Positions 48,745 to 57,667 of a stretch of 64,000 nt of DNA are shown in pieces. Every line of letters starts with the position of its first letter. Position 1 is the first letter of the stretch. Source of the DNA: Oscillospiraceae bacterium (GTDB taxonomy: Bacteria > Bacillota > Clostridia > Oscillospirales > QAMX01); NCBI GenBank assembly GCA_015067705.1, contig SVLW01000003.1:3928-67927 (forward strand). The letters run 5' to 3'. Below the pieces are notes generated by a model, which was not told where the DNA came from, did no database searches, and was given only the letters and a program-made list of their open reading frames with translations. The position numbers were made by a program, and so were the translations under genes.

Positions 48745-49125
48745 ATGACTTTTCAATACATGCGCATTCAAGGAAGAGAACCCTCCTATATCACCAAGTA
48801 TCCAAAAGGAATTTTTAGTCTGGGTTGGAATCTGATCCGGGATCAAATTTTGTCAGAAGAAGAAAAAGCGCTGTTTCTTTCCATCGACACCTGGTTCAAG
48901 GAAAACCTTCCCGAGCCGGAGCCTTGTGTCAATCACGAAAAAGTGATTACTTTTTTCAAATGCAACAAAACGCAGGAAATGCAGGCCAAACTGGAACCCG
49001 TAATCGCACTATTGGATCAACACCAAATGCCCTATGATGTAGTCTACACCAACTTCGTCGGAACGATCGTCTATGAAGACGATTGGCAAGTAGCGGTAAG
49101 AGTCGAAGACGGGAATATGGTTTGA
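48745..49125 (+). CDS. hypothetical protein (126 aa) on a low-GC cassette
   Basis: GAGG RBS 7 nt upstream. No motif I recognise. Composition is clearly AT-richer than the flanking sequence. Confidence 0.5.
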   Translation: MTFQYMRIQGREPSYITKYPKGIFSLGWNLIRDQILSEEEKALFLSIDTWFKENLPEPEPCVNHEKVITFFKCNKTQEMQAKLEPVIALLDQHQMPYDVVYTNFVGTIVYEDDWQVAVRVEDGNMV

Positions 49126-49136
49126 TAAGCTTTTCG

Positions 49137-49154
49137 AGATTGTGAGTGAATGAG
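49137..49154 (+). repeat. 18-bp direct repeat, copy 2
   Basis: Identical to 48719-48736 and immediately followed by the hairpin terminator. Confidence 0.9.
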
Positions 49155-49155
49155 A

Positions 49156-49190
49156 AGAAAGTCCCCGATGAGGGGGCTTTCTCTTTTTTT
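49156..49190 (+). terminator. rho-independent terminator (presumably the original pcrA terminator)
   Basis: Stem agaaagtcccc / gggggctttct (one G-U pair), 5-nt loop, then 7 T. Confidence 0.8.
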
Positions 49191-49228
49191 GTGCGGGTGT
49201 TTGCACAGTAGAAGAGCCTTACAGAGAA

Positions 49229-49369
49229 CCCTCTCGGTCTTCGCCTGCGGCGAATCCAGCTCCCCCCAAAAAAAAAAAAAAAAAAGGGGGGGGGGAGCCA
49301 AGTTTGGTTTTGATCTGACTCTCTCGGCTCTCCCTCCGGGAGAGCTGTCGCCGCAGGCGACTGAGAGGG
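49229..49369. repeat. intergenic palindromic element enclosing a homopolymer run
   Basis: Arms tcgcctgcggcga (49241-49253) and tcgccgcaggcga (49348-49360), with outer ccctc/gaggg. Inner hairpin gctctccc/gggagagc (49327-49345). Central C6-A18-G10 at 49262-49295. Confidence 0.85.
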
Positions 49370-49382
49370 CCATTCTCTATGC

Positions 49383-49411
49383 AAAAAAGAGAGCCACACG
49401 GCTCTCTTTTT
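49383..49411. terminator. bidirectional terminator (serves the minus-strand nucleotidyltransferase gene)
   Basis: Stem agagagcc / ggctctct (49388-49395, 49400-49407), with an A-run before and a T-run after. Confidence 0.7.
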
Positions 49412-49414
49412 CTT

Positions 49415-50221
49415 TTACCATTCTACAACCAGGGGTCTCGGGTTCAGCCACCAAAGTTCCTGATCCTCGGTATACCGGGAAGTCGCCAGGTCCCAATTCT
49501 CCGGAGGCTGCCAGGTGAGACTGGACATCACGGCGGAGGTGAAGGCATTTTTGTCTTCGTCGGACAATGTTTCCAGCAGTCGATCCGCCAGCTCCAGGAT
49601 GTTCTCCGGCTTCTTCGGTGCCTTTTCGATCATCATGCGCAGGCTCTTAATGCAGGGGAACAGAATCTCGTTCTCCTCCAGAATCATGCGCAAACCGAAT
49701 ATCACGATATCCGTAGCAGCACGCACCCGGAGGATAGGGTCATTTTTGCCCATGGGGAAGAAATAGCCGCTGGCCAGCTCAAACTGACCATAGAAACTCA
49801 GCATCTTGTCTTCCACCAGTTCCTTCTGGAACCGAGAGACTTCGTGCACCAGTTCCGGAATCTCCGGATCAGTGGTATAGAGGCACTGGGACTTCAGCCA
49901 GGCGTTGCGGGCGGGCTCGCTGCCCCGCTCCGCCACGGCACGGATGAAGCTCTTGGGATAGTACTTCACGTCCAGATAGCCCTCCGGATAGGTGCACACA
50001 CCCATGATAGCTTCCGTGGCAATACCGGCGGCTTGGAGTTCCTCGTACTTTTCGTCCGTAACAATTACCATAAAGTCCAGGTCAGAGTCCGGGCGCTCCA
50101 CGCCCTTGGCCACGCTGCCGCCAAAGACGACCGCGATCAGACCATCCGCCACGCGGGATTTGGTCTGGAAATATTCCAGAGCCAGCTTGAGACTTTCTTC
50201 ATGATGGGGATACATGGACAA
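49415..50221 (-). CDS. nucleotidyltransferase-domain protein (KNTase/ANT-like two-domain architecture)
   Basis: N-terminal Pol-beta NTase motif GGSVAKGVERPDSDLDFMVIV followed by a helical C-terminal domain. Substrate unknown. Confidence 0.65.
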   Translation of the reverse strand: MSMYPHHEESLKLALEYFQTKSRVADGLIAVVFGGSVAKGVERPDSDLDFMVIVTDEKYEELQAAGIATEAIMGVCTYPEGYLDVKYYPKSFIRAVAERGSEPARNAWLKSQCLYTTDPEIPELVHEVSRFQKELVEDKMLSFYGQFELASGYFFPMGKNDPILRVRAATDIVIFGLRMILEENEILFPCIKSLRMMIEKAPKKPENILELADRLLETLSDEDKNAFTSAVMSSLTWQPPENWDLATSRYTEDQELWWLNPRPLVVEW

Positions 50222-50230
50222 ATCCTTTCT

Positions 50231-52735
50231 TTATGCCTCCGGGCGGACGAAGTCCACCACGGTGGTATGGGTCGAATAATGGGGACGCAGGGAAATCGTA
50301 CCGTGGTCGAGCTTGCCCAGGATCTTCACACGCTTCTCGTCGCCGGGCATCAAGTCGAAGTAATTGTCGCCAAAGAGCCAGCCGAACTCGTCGCCGTCGC
50401 ACTCGCCCAGGATCTCCACGCAGCGGGCAAAGCGGTCGGTGGTGATCACCAGTTCGTCGCCCTCCACCTGCACGGAGAGCTCGGCATTGGGGAAGGCATA
50501 GTGCCGCTCCACGTCGCAGTAGTCCACCGCGGTGCAGACCACATTGCCATCCTCGTCGGTGAAGCGGGCATAGAGCAGATCGGTCTTGTGGAAATACTTG
50601 ATCCAGTTCAGATCCATGACGATCTTGCCATCGCCGTCCGCCACGCACATGGGCACGGTCTTTTCAAAGGAGAAGGTGTCCGTCTCCATGTTGTAAAGAG
50701 AGAAGGTCACATTGCCGCGCACGGGCTCCGCGGAATCGTTCACCAGCCAGAGCCGGATCTCGTTGCGGATGTCAAAGCAGAGGATCACCGGCGCATAGCC
50801 GCGGAGGGTGGCATAATAGGGATGGAAGCCCTCGTGGAAATAGTCGATGGTGGCGCAATAGCACTTGGGCCAGGTGTCGTTGAACTTACAGGACAGATGA
50901 CCCTTGCTGCGCATGGAGGGGGGCAGATCATCCGTGGGGCCGCCCATGCGGATCCGCTCAATATTATCCCGCAGCACCTGGGCATAGGACGCGCCGAAGC
51001 GGTAGATATGATCCGCGGCGTTATCCGCGTCGTAGTATTCCCAGTAGGGGCCGGTTTTCACATGGCCCATGGCGCCGTGGTTGGAGCGCTCCATCCAGTT
51101 TTCCGGGGACGGGAAGCGGCGGCCAAAGGTGAACTTGGCGTCATAGCCCTCCTGCCACACCTCGCCGTGAATCATGCGTTTCAGACTGTGCAGCACCGGC
51201 GGACTGGTGCGGATATCTTCAGAGATGAAGTTGGGGTACTCGTGGAAGGGATACTGCCAGATGCAGTCATAGGTGTGATAGTCGCCGACGCGGGGGTCGT
51301 TGGCCCATTCGCCGCCGGTGGGGGAAGAGAGATGATAGTACCGGCCGGGATCCAGTTCCGCCAGCAGGGCCGGATAATCCTCCTGCAGCACCACCTTGCC
51401 CTGGACATATTCATCCCGGAAGTAGAACTCACTGCCCATGACGCTCTCGTTGCCGCCGCACCACATGAGAAGCGCGGCATGATGCCGCAGGCGCAGGATC
51501 AGCTCCCGGCCCTCCCGGCGATAGAGCTTCCGATGCTCCTCGGTCTCCGGGAACATGCCGTGGCCGTGGAAGAACTCCTGCCACACGAAGATGCCCCGGC
51601 GGTCGCACTCGTCATAGAATTCATCCCGGTACGGGATGCCGCCCTCGCCCCAGATGCGCAGGAGATTCACATGGGCGTTCTGCGCCATGTCGAGGATGCG
51701 CCAGGCGCGGTCGTGCTGCCAGACATAGGTATAGGCCTGGAAGGGATCCATGCTGCCGCCCCAGAGGCGGATATTCTTACCGTTGACGCGGAAGCCCATG
51801 GAATAGGGCTGTTCGATATAGCGGAAGCCCACGTATTCCGTAAATCCGTCCGTGGCGCGGCCGTCCAGCAGAACCTCCACATCCACCCGGTAAAGGGGCT
51901 GTGCGCCGTAGCCAACCGGCCACCAGAGCTGGGGCTCATTTACCGGGATCACGATCTCCTCGTCCCATGCGTGGCCAACGGCCTCGCCGATGAGGGTGTC
52001 CTCCGGGTCATAAAGACAGACCTTGATATCCAGCTCGCCCGCCCGATAGCTGACGCCGGAGAGCTTGACTTTCAGAGAACCGGTGACCAGATCCTCCCGC
52101 AGATGGGCGCGCACCTCGTCCACGGTGATCTCCGCTTCGTCCGCGAGAATCAGTTCCACATTTTCATAAATGCCGATGGGCGTGTGATAGCCCACGATGC
52201 CCTGGTAAGAGCTGCCCTCGCCGGTATAGCCGGGGAAATCGTGGCGGGATTTGCGGAGCAGCTTGCACTTGTCCTGATCCTTCCACCACTCCGGATGCTC
52301 CATGCTGTCCAGCACGCCGTTTGCGTTATGGAAGTGCAAAAGCAGCACATTTTCCGTCTGCAGCACGTTCGTCACGTCGATGAGGTCGGAGACATAGAAA
52401 TCGTTATGCTCCCCGATCTTCACGCCGTTTAAGTAAATATCCGCAAAGGTGTCCAGGCCGCCGAAGCGCAGATAGCTGCGCACGCCGGGGGTCTCACAGG
52501 AAAAGGTCCGGCGGTACACCCAGTCAAGCTTCGTCACCCACTCCGCACTCCGGCACCAGCCGATCTGGTACTCGGGGTCCAGCTTTCCATGATGGAGCAG
52601 GATCTCATGCACCTGCATGGGCATGGTGGGCGCGGCATACCATTCTGCCGCATCAAAGGAAACGGGGTCAATGGCGGCGGCCGGCGCCATACTGCCGATC
52701 TCCCATCCGTTTGTAAGCAGTCGTCTTTCTTTCAT
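50231..52735 (-). CDS. glycoside hydrolase family 2 protein (beta-mannosidase-like)
   Basis: Start at ATG 52735 (MKERRLLTNGWE...) with GGCAGAGG 6 nt upstream. Blocks WWPVGYGAQPLYRV and NLLRIWGEGGIPYRDEFYDECDRRGIFVWQEF are typical of GH2 mannosidase/glucosaminidase members. Confidence 0.8.
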   Translation of the reverse strand: MKERRLLTNGWEIGSMAPAAAIDPVSFDAAEWYAAPTMPMQVHEILLHHGKLDPEYQIGWCRSAEWVTKLDWVYRRTFSCETPGVRSYLRFGGLDTFADIYLNGVKIGEHNDFYVSDLIDVTNVLQTENVLLLHFHNANGVLDSMEHPEWWKDQDKCKLLRKSRHDFPGYTGEGSSYQGIVGYHTPIGIYENVELILADEAEITVDEVRAHLREDLVTGSLKVKLSGVSYRAGELDIKVCLYDPEDTLIGEAVGHAWDEEIVIPVNEPQLWWPVGYGAQPLYRVDVEVLLDGRATDGFTEYVGFRYIEQPYSMGFRVNGKNIRLWGGSMDPFQAYTYVWQHDRAWRILDMAQNAHVNLLRIWGEGGIPYRDEFYDECDRRGIFVWQEFFHGHGMFPETEEHRKLYRREGRELILRLRHHAALLMWCGGNESVMGSEFYFRDEYVQGKVVLQEDYPALLAELDPGRYYHLSSPTGGEWANDPRVGDYHTYDCIWQYPFHEYPNFISEDIRTSPPVLHSLKRMIHGEVWQEGYDAKFTFGRRFPSPENWMERSNHGAMGHVKTGPYWEYYDADNAADHIYRFGASYAQVLRDNIERIRMGGPTDDLPPSMRSKGHLSCKFNDTWPKCYCATIDYFHEGFHPYYATLRGYAPVILCFDIRNEIRLWLVNDSAEPVRGNVTFSLYNMETDTFSFEKTVPMCVADGDGKIVMDLNWIKYFHKTDLLYARFTDEDGNVVCTAVDYCDVERHYAFPNAELSVQVEGDELVITTDRFARCVEILGECDGDEFGWLFGDNYFDLMPGDEKRVKILGKLDHGTISLRPHYSTHTTVVDFVRPEA

Positions 52736-52756
52736 GATCATCCTCTGCCTTTCTCT

Positions 52757-53716
52757 TTACAGGCGGATCATGCCGTTTTTCAGCATGGCTTCCACGGCCT
52801 CGTGTACGGCCTCCATGCCGGTATAACCGGGGACATAGCCCAGGATCCGACGGGCCTTTTCACAGGAATAGTTATTGCAGTGGGAAATATGGCGATAGGT
52901 GCGGCTGACCTTTTCCTCGTCCGCGGTCAGCTTTGCCCACTCCGGCCAGGGCAGGAACTCCGCCCGGTTCTCCTTGCCGAAGTATTCGTACATATGGGCG
53001 GCATAGCCCGCCAGCGTGATGGCCTTGGGAGCGACCGCCAGGAAATCCTGGTCAAGGGCCGCATCGCGGTTGCGGATGGCCAGCTCGAACACCTGGGCCA
53101 CGTCGTCCGCGTGGACATGATGCACGCACTCCACGCCCAGATTCGGGATATAGATGGTCTCGCCCCGGGCGATCTGGGCAAAGACGCCGGGATCGTGGTT
53201 GCCGGTAGGATTGATGCAGGTCCAGCCCGGACCGGAGATGTGGCCCGGCATCACGGCCGTATAGGGGAAGTCCCCGGTTTCATACTGCTCGTGGAGATAT
53301 TCGATGCTGCGGATCTTGTCCCGGCCATAATCGTCGATGGGGTTACGGGGCGTATCCTCGTCGGCAGGCAGGGTGAAGGCGTTGCCGTGCTCCCAGATGG
53401 AGGAGGCGAAGAGATAGTGGGACAGATTCGTGCCCTTTAAGGCTTCCACGGTCTCCACGGTGGAGTGCCAGTCGAGACTGATCATATCCACCACCACGTC
53501 CGGATTCATGGCCGCTACTTTGCAGCCAAAGCCGTCGGCCTTCTCAAGCGCCAGACGGTCAAGCGACACCCGCTCCACTTCATTCCACTCCGGGAACAGG
53601 GTATAGGGCTCTTTCAAACCGCGGGAGATGGCGGTCACTTCATATCCCATGCGCACCAGACGCGGCACCAGATAGGTGCCCACATGGCCGGTGGCACCAA
53701 TAACGACTGCTTTCAT
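52757..53716 (-). CDS. NAD-dependent epimerase/dehydratase-family (extended SDR) protein, paralog A
   Basis: Start at ATG 53716 (MKAVVIGATGHVGTYL, Rossmann GxxGxxG) with GGAGG 8 nt upstream. YGRDK (YxxxK). Confidence 0.8.
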   Translation of the reverse strand: MKAVVIGATGHVGTYLVPRLVRMGYEVTAISRGLKEPYTLFPEWNEVERVSLDRLALEKADGFGCKVAAMNPDVVVDMISLDWHSTVETVEALKGTNLSHYLFASSIWEHGNAFTLPADEDTPRNPIDDYGRDKIRSIEYLHEQYETGDFPYTAVMPGHISGPGWTCINPTGNHDPGVFAQIARGETIYIPNLGVECVHHVHADDVAQVFELAIRNRDAALDQDFLAVAPKAITLAGYAAHMYEYFGKENRAEFLPWPEWAKLTADEEKVSRTYRHISHCNNYSCEKARRILGYVPGYTGMEAVHEAVEAMLKNGMIRL

Positions 53717-53729
53717 TCGCATATCCTCC

Positions 53730-54692
53730 TTACTTCACGTCGATGACGCCCCGGGCGATCATGGAGCTGACGCACTCGGTGACGGCCTGCATGATGGAAT
53801 AGCGGGGGGCATAGCCCAGCATGCGGCGGGCCTTTTCACAGGAATAATTGTCGCTGTGGGCCAGATGGGAATAGGTGCTATTGATATAGGATTCCGCCGC
53901 GGCGGTCTTTTTCCACTCTTCCCAGGGGAGGTATTCGATGTTGGCCTCACGGCCGAACCAGGAGTACATGGCCTCGGCAAAGCCGCGGAGGGTCATGGCG
54001 TGGGGCGCCACCGCCAGGAAGTCCTGGTCAAGGGCCTCGGTGCGGCGGATGATGGCGCGGTGGAACACCTGGGCCACGTCGTCCGCGTGGACATGATGGA
54101 CGCACTCCATGCCGAAATGCGGGATATAGATCTTTTCACCGCGGCCGATCTTGCCGAAGATCTCCGGGTCAAAGTTGCCGGTGGGGTTGATGCAGGTCCA
54201 GCCGGGGCCGGTGATGTGGCCGGGCATGACGGAGGTATAGGGGAAGCCTTCCTTCACAAACTGCTCGTGCAGGAAATTGACGCTGGCCAGCTTGTCCTTA
54301 CCGTAATTGCAAATGGGATGGCGGGGCATATCCTCGTCCATGGGGACAGTGGTGTTTGCGCCATGCTCCCAGATGGAGGAGGCGAAGAGATAATGGGACA
54401 GGTTCGTGTTTTTGAGGGCCGCCACGGTGGACTTCGTGCTCTCGACGCTATAGCTGATGAGATCCACCACCACGTCGGCATTCATGGCCGCGATCTTCTT
54501 TCCGAAGGTACCGGCCTTTTCCTCTTCCGTGCGGTCCAGCACCACGCGCTCCACTTCGTTCCACTCGCCCACATGAGTATAGGGCTGGGACAGGCCGCGG
54601 GACACTGCCACCACGTCAAAGCCCTGCCGTACCAGACGGGGCACCAGATACGTACCGGTATGACCGGTTGCACCAATCACAACTGCTTTCAT
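53730..54692 (-). CDS. NAD-dependent epimerase/dehydratase-family (extended SDR) protein, paralog B
   Basis: Start at ATG 54692 (MKAVVIGATGHTGTYL). Colinear with paralog A. YGKDK. Confidence 0.8.
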   Translation of the reverse strand: MKAVVIGATGHTGTYLVPRLVRQGFDVVAVSRGLSQPYTHVGEWNEVERVVLDRTEEEKAGTFGKKIAAMNADVVVDLISYSVESTKSTVAALKNTNLSHYLFASSIWEHGANTTVPMDEDMPRHPICNYGKDKLASVNFLHEQFVKEGFPYTSVMPGHITGPGWTCINPTGNFDPEIFGKIGRGEKIYIPHFGMECVHHVHADDVAQVFHRAIIRRTEALDQDFLAVAPHAMTLRGFAEAMYSWFGREANIEYLPWEEWKKTAAAESYINSTYSHLAHSDNYSCEKARRMLGYAPRYSIMQAVTECVSSMIARGVIDVK

Positions 54693-54735
54693 GATCACAT
54701 TCTCCTTTTCAATATTTCAAAATGTTCTTTTTTCG

Positions 54736-55191
54736 TTATGCCTGCTGTTCGCGCAAAAATTCATCCAGAATGTCCGCCGCGGCCTGGACACAGCCGGGGC
54801 AGGGGCGGGTGGCCAGATATTCCGGGGTGTGTGCCTCCGGCACGGGGATGCTGGGGCCTTCCGGCAGACCCAGGATATCCCGGCAGAGGATGGTGTCATA
54901 CTTTGCCCGGAACCGGGCGGCCAGATCCTGGATCATGGTATAATGCGCCACCTTGGCCTCGTGATCGGTGGGGGCATAGCCGCCGTAGAGGTGGCCGATC
55001 ACCATAAAGATCCCGGACAGCGCGCCGCACACCTCGCGCAGCCGTCCCATACCGCCGCCAAAAGAAGACGACAGCCGCGCCGCATCCTCCATCGACATCC
55101 CATGCACATCACAGAAGGCACAGAACACCGACTGGGCGCAGTTATATCCGTCAAAGAAAAGCTGTTTGGCAATCTCGCCATGCGTTTTCAT
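54736..55191 (-). CDS. C_GCAxxG_C_C family protein
   Basis: YNCAQSVF...GGGMG...CGALSG pattern of the family; 151 aa. Confidence 0.75.
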   Translation of the reverse strand: MKTHGEIAKQLFFDGYNCAQSVFCAFCDVHGMSMEDAARLSSSFGGGMGRLREVCGALSGIFMVIGHLYGGYAPTDHEAKVAHYTMIQDLAARFRAKYDTILCRDILGLPEGPSIPVPEAHTPEYLATRPCPGCVQAAADILDEFLREQQA

Positions 55192-55268
55192 AAAAGTTCC
55201 TCCATAAGAAAAAGTCAGTTTCTGCCATCTAAACTATAGCAAGTTTCCGGGAAGTTTGCAAGTAAAAA

Positions 55269-55498
55269 TGCCTTCCCCTTGAGGGGAAGGTGGCACGGCG
55301 AAGCCGTGACGGATGAGGTGGCCCCGGGATCAGAAGAATGTTTGAGGATGCAATACCTGTGATCTGACTTGTCGGCCACCTCATCAGTCGCCTTCGGCGA
55401 CAGCGTCTCGCTGCGGCTCGGTCACGGCGTGGCTCTGACATGCCACTGGCATGTCATTCACTCCCACGCCGCCGCTTCGCTACCCCTCAAGGGGAAGC
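55269..55498. repeat. MITE-like hairpin-dense intergenic element with imperfect terminal inverted repeats
   Basis: Ends gccttccccttgagggg (55269-55285) and cccctcaaggggaagcc (55482-55498) match 16/17 as inverted repeats. 12-bp inverted repeat gatgaggtggcc/ggccacctcatc (55311-55322, 55373-55384). Further short hairpins lie at 55293-55307, 55386-55400 and 55436-55454. Confidence 0.7.
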
Positions 55499-55579
55499 CT
55501 TTTTTGTGCCCAGCGGATATCATCCCGTCGGCGCGGCCGACACCGCAATTTTCAACTGTCCACTCTCAACTCTCAACTA

Positions 55580-55608
55580 TAAAAAAGAACCCCGAAGGGT
55601 TCTTTTTT
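55580..55608. terminator. bidirectional terminator after trkA
   Basis: aaaaaagaaccc cgaa gggttctttttt. Confidence 0.8.
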
Positions 55609-56248
55609 ATACTAACCTGTCCAGGTCCTCTCTCGTACCCAGCACCATCAGGTGCTCGTCGTCCACGAAGACGTGGTTCGGGGAGTTGAGGGCATGGGTG
55701 CGGCCATTTTTCTGGAAGGCCAGGATATTCACGTTATACTTGCGCCGCACGTCCACCTCCGCGACCGTTTTACCGATCCAGCGATGAGGCACGGCGATCT
55801 CATAGATCACGATCTCGTCGGAGAGCTCGAAATAATCAAAAACATTGTCGTTGCTGGCGCGCACGGCGATGCGCTCGGACATATCCCGGTCGGGGAACAC
55901 CACCTCATCCGCGCCGGCGCGGCGGAGGAACTTGGCATGAATATCCGTGGTGGCGCGGCTCACCACCCGGCGGGCGCCCATCTCCTTCAAAAGATCCGTC
56001 ACCTGGAGACTGTTCTGGAAATTACTGCCCATACAGACGAAACAGGCGTCGAAATTGTTCACGCCAAAGGTGGCAAGCACCTCTTTCCGGGTGCAGTCGC
56101 CGATCTTTGCCGCCACGACGAGATCCAGAAGGTCATCCATGCGGGTCTCGTCCACATCCGCGATGACGATCTCATTGCCCAGTGCGGCCAGCTCCCGGCA
56201 GAGATAATGGGCGAAGCGCCCGATACCGATCAAAAGAAATGATTTCAT
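55607..56248 (-). CDS. trkA: potassium uptake protein, NAD-binding subunit (TrkA/KtrA)
   Basis: 213 aa. Rossmann LLIGIGRFAHYL plus a TrkA_C domain. Adjacent to trkH. Confidence 0.88.
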   Translation of the reverse strand: MKSFLLIGIGRFAHYLCRELAALGNEIVIADVDETRMDDLLDLVVAAKIGDCTRKEVLATFGVNNFDACFVCMGSNFQNSLQVTDLLKEMGARRVVSRATTDIHAKFLRRAGADEVVFPDRDMSERIAVRASNDNVFDYFELSDEIVIYEIAVPHRWIGKTVAEVDVRRKYNVNILAFQKNGRTHALNSPNHVFVDDEHLMVLGTREDLDRLV

Positions 56249-56258
56249 TGGAATACTC

Positions 56259-57593
56259 CTATCCTATCGTAATTTTTTCCACCGGATCCATCACTTTGGG
56301 TCTGCGGCGGCGGGTGGAAAGGGCCGTTGCGAAGGAGAGACTGCCGACTCTGCCGCAGTACATCAAAAGCACCAGCAGATACTGCGCCGCCGGCAGGAGC
56401 TCTCTCGTGATACCCGTGGTCATGCCCGCCGTACCAATGGCGGAGCTGCATTCAAAGAGGATATCCGCAAGGGGGATCTCATGGTGCATCCCCGCGATCA
56501 CAATCGCCGAGAGCAGCATCAGCAAAAGATTCGTGAAAAACACCGTGGCGGCCTTCTGAAGCGAGCCCACCTCCAGGCGTCTGCCGAACATGCCAAAAGC
56601 CGGCTTCTGCCGGATATAGGAAAAGCCATAGACCAGTAAGACCGCCAGCGTGGTGGTCTTGATACCGCCGGCGGTGGAGCCGGGGCTGCCGCCGATGAAC
56701 ATGAGGATGCAGGTGAGAAGCTTGGACGCGTCGGTGAGCGCGCCGGTGTCCGTGGTGTTAAAGCCCGCGGTGCGGGGGGTAATGGCGTCAAAGAAAGAGG
56801 TGAGGATCCGCTCGGTCCAGCTCATGTCCGCGGCCCAGCGCCGCTCCAGCAGGAAGAACGCCGCCGCGCCGAAGAAGATCAGCGCGAAAGTCACCGTAAG
56901 TACGATCTTGGTATGCAGTTGATACCGGGAGATGCGCAGACCCTTGCGGGAGAGATCGTCCCACACGAGGAAACCGATGCCGCCGATGACGATTAAAAGC
57001 ATCACCGTCACGTTCACCAGGATATCGTCCGCATAGGGCGACAGGGACGCATAGGGCGTCAAGCGGCCCATCAGGTCAAAGCCCGCATTGCAGAAGGCAG
57101 ACACCGACGTGAAAACCGCCGTCCAGAGTCCTTTCCAGAAGCCAAAGTCCGGAATAAAGCGGAAGGAAAGCGCCACGGCGCCCGCGCCCTCGAAGATGGC
57201 CGTGCCGATCATGATCTTTTTCGTCAGGCGCACGATGCCGCCGATGTGGGTGGAATTGATGCTCTCGGATAAAAGCTCCCGCTCCCGGATGCCGATCTTC
57301 CGCCGCATCAGCATGGCGAAGAGCGTGGCAATGGTCATAAAGCCGAGACCGCCCAACTGGATCAAAAGCAGGAGCACCACCTGGCCAAAGCCCGTCCAAT
57401 AGCTGTAGGTATCCTGCAAAACAAGGCCCGTGACGCAGGAGGAGGAGGTGGCGGTGAAGAGTGCCTCCCGGAAGGTGGCGCCCTCCCCGTTTCGGGTCGA
57501 GATGGGCAGCATCAAAAGCAGCGTGCCCAGGGCGATGATCAAGAAAAAGCCCAGCGCAATGATCTGGGTCTGGGAAAAACGTAATTTTCGCAT
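56259..57593 (-). CDS. trkH: potassium transporter TrkH/KtrB family
   Basis: Start at ATG 57593 (MRKLRFSQTQIIALGFFLII...). Polytopic, with repeated GGS/GF selectivity-like loops. The 151-codon upstream extension in the track is rejected because it runs through a consensus promoter. Confidence 0.88.
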   Translation of the reverse strand: MRKLRFSQTQIIALGFFLIIALGTLLLMLPISTRNGEGATFREALFTATSSSCVTGLVLQDTYSYWTGFGQVVLLLLIQLGGLGFMTIATLFAMLMRRKIGIRERELLSESINSTHIGGIVRLTKKIMIGTAIFEGAGAVALSFRFIPDFGFWKGLWTAVFTSVSAFCNAGFDLMGRLTPYASLSPYADDILVNVTVMLLIVIGGIGFLVWDDLSRKGLRISRYQLHTKIVLTVTFALIFFGAAAFFLLERRWAADMSWTERILTSFFDAITPRTAGFNTTDTGALTDASKLLTCILMFIGGSPGSTAGGIKTTTLAVLLVYGFSYIRQKPAFGMFGRRLEVGSLQKAATVFFTNLLLMLLSAIVIAGMHHEIPLADILFECSSAIGTAGMTTGITRELLPAAQYLLVLLMYCGRVGSLSFATALSTRRRRPKVMDPVEKITIG

Positions 57594-57638
57594 GATTTGC
57601 CTCCGCAGAAATCCGGGAGATGCCCGGCGTCCACTCTC

Positions 57639-57667
57639 ATTATACCCGCCGCCCCGTCCCCCGTCAA
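57639..57667 (-). promoter_or_regulatory. sigma-A promoter candidate for trkH-trkA
   Basis: On the minus strand: TTGACG (57667-57662), 17-nt spacer, TATAAT (57644-57639). Confidence 0.65.

Noticed and set aside
49379-52432. 1017-aa plus-strand ORF
   Set aside because: It is antisense to the nucleotidyltransferase and GH2 genes and crosses their intergenic gap and a terminator. The composition is an artefact of the GC-rich antisense frame.
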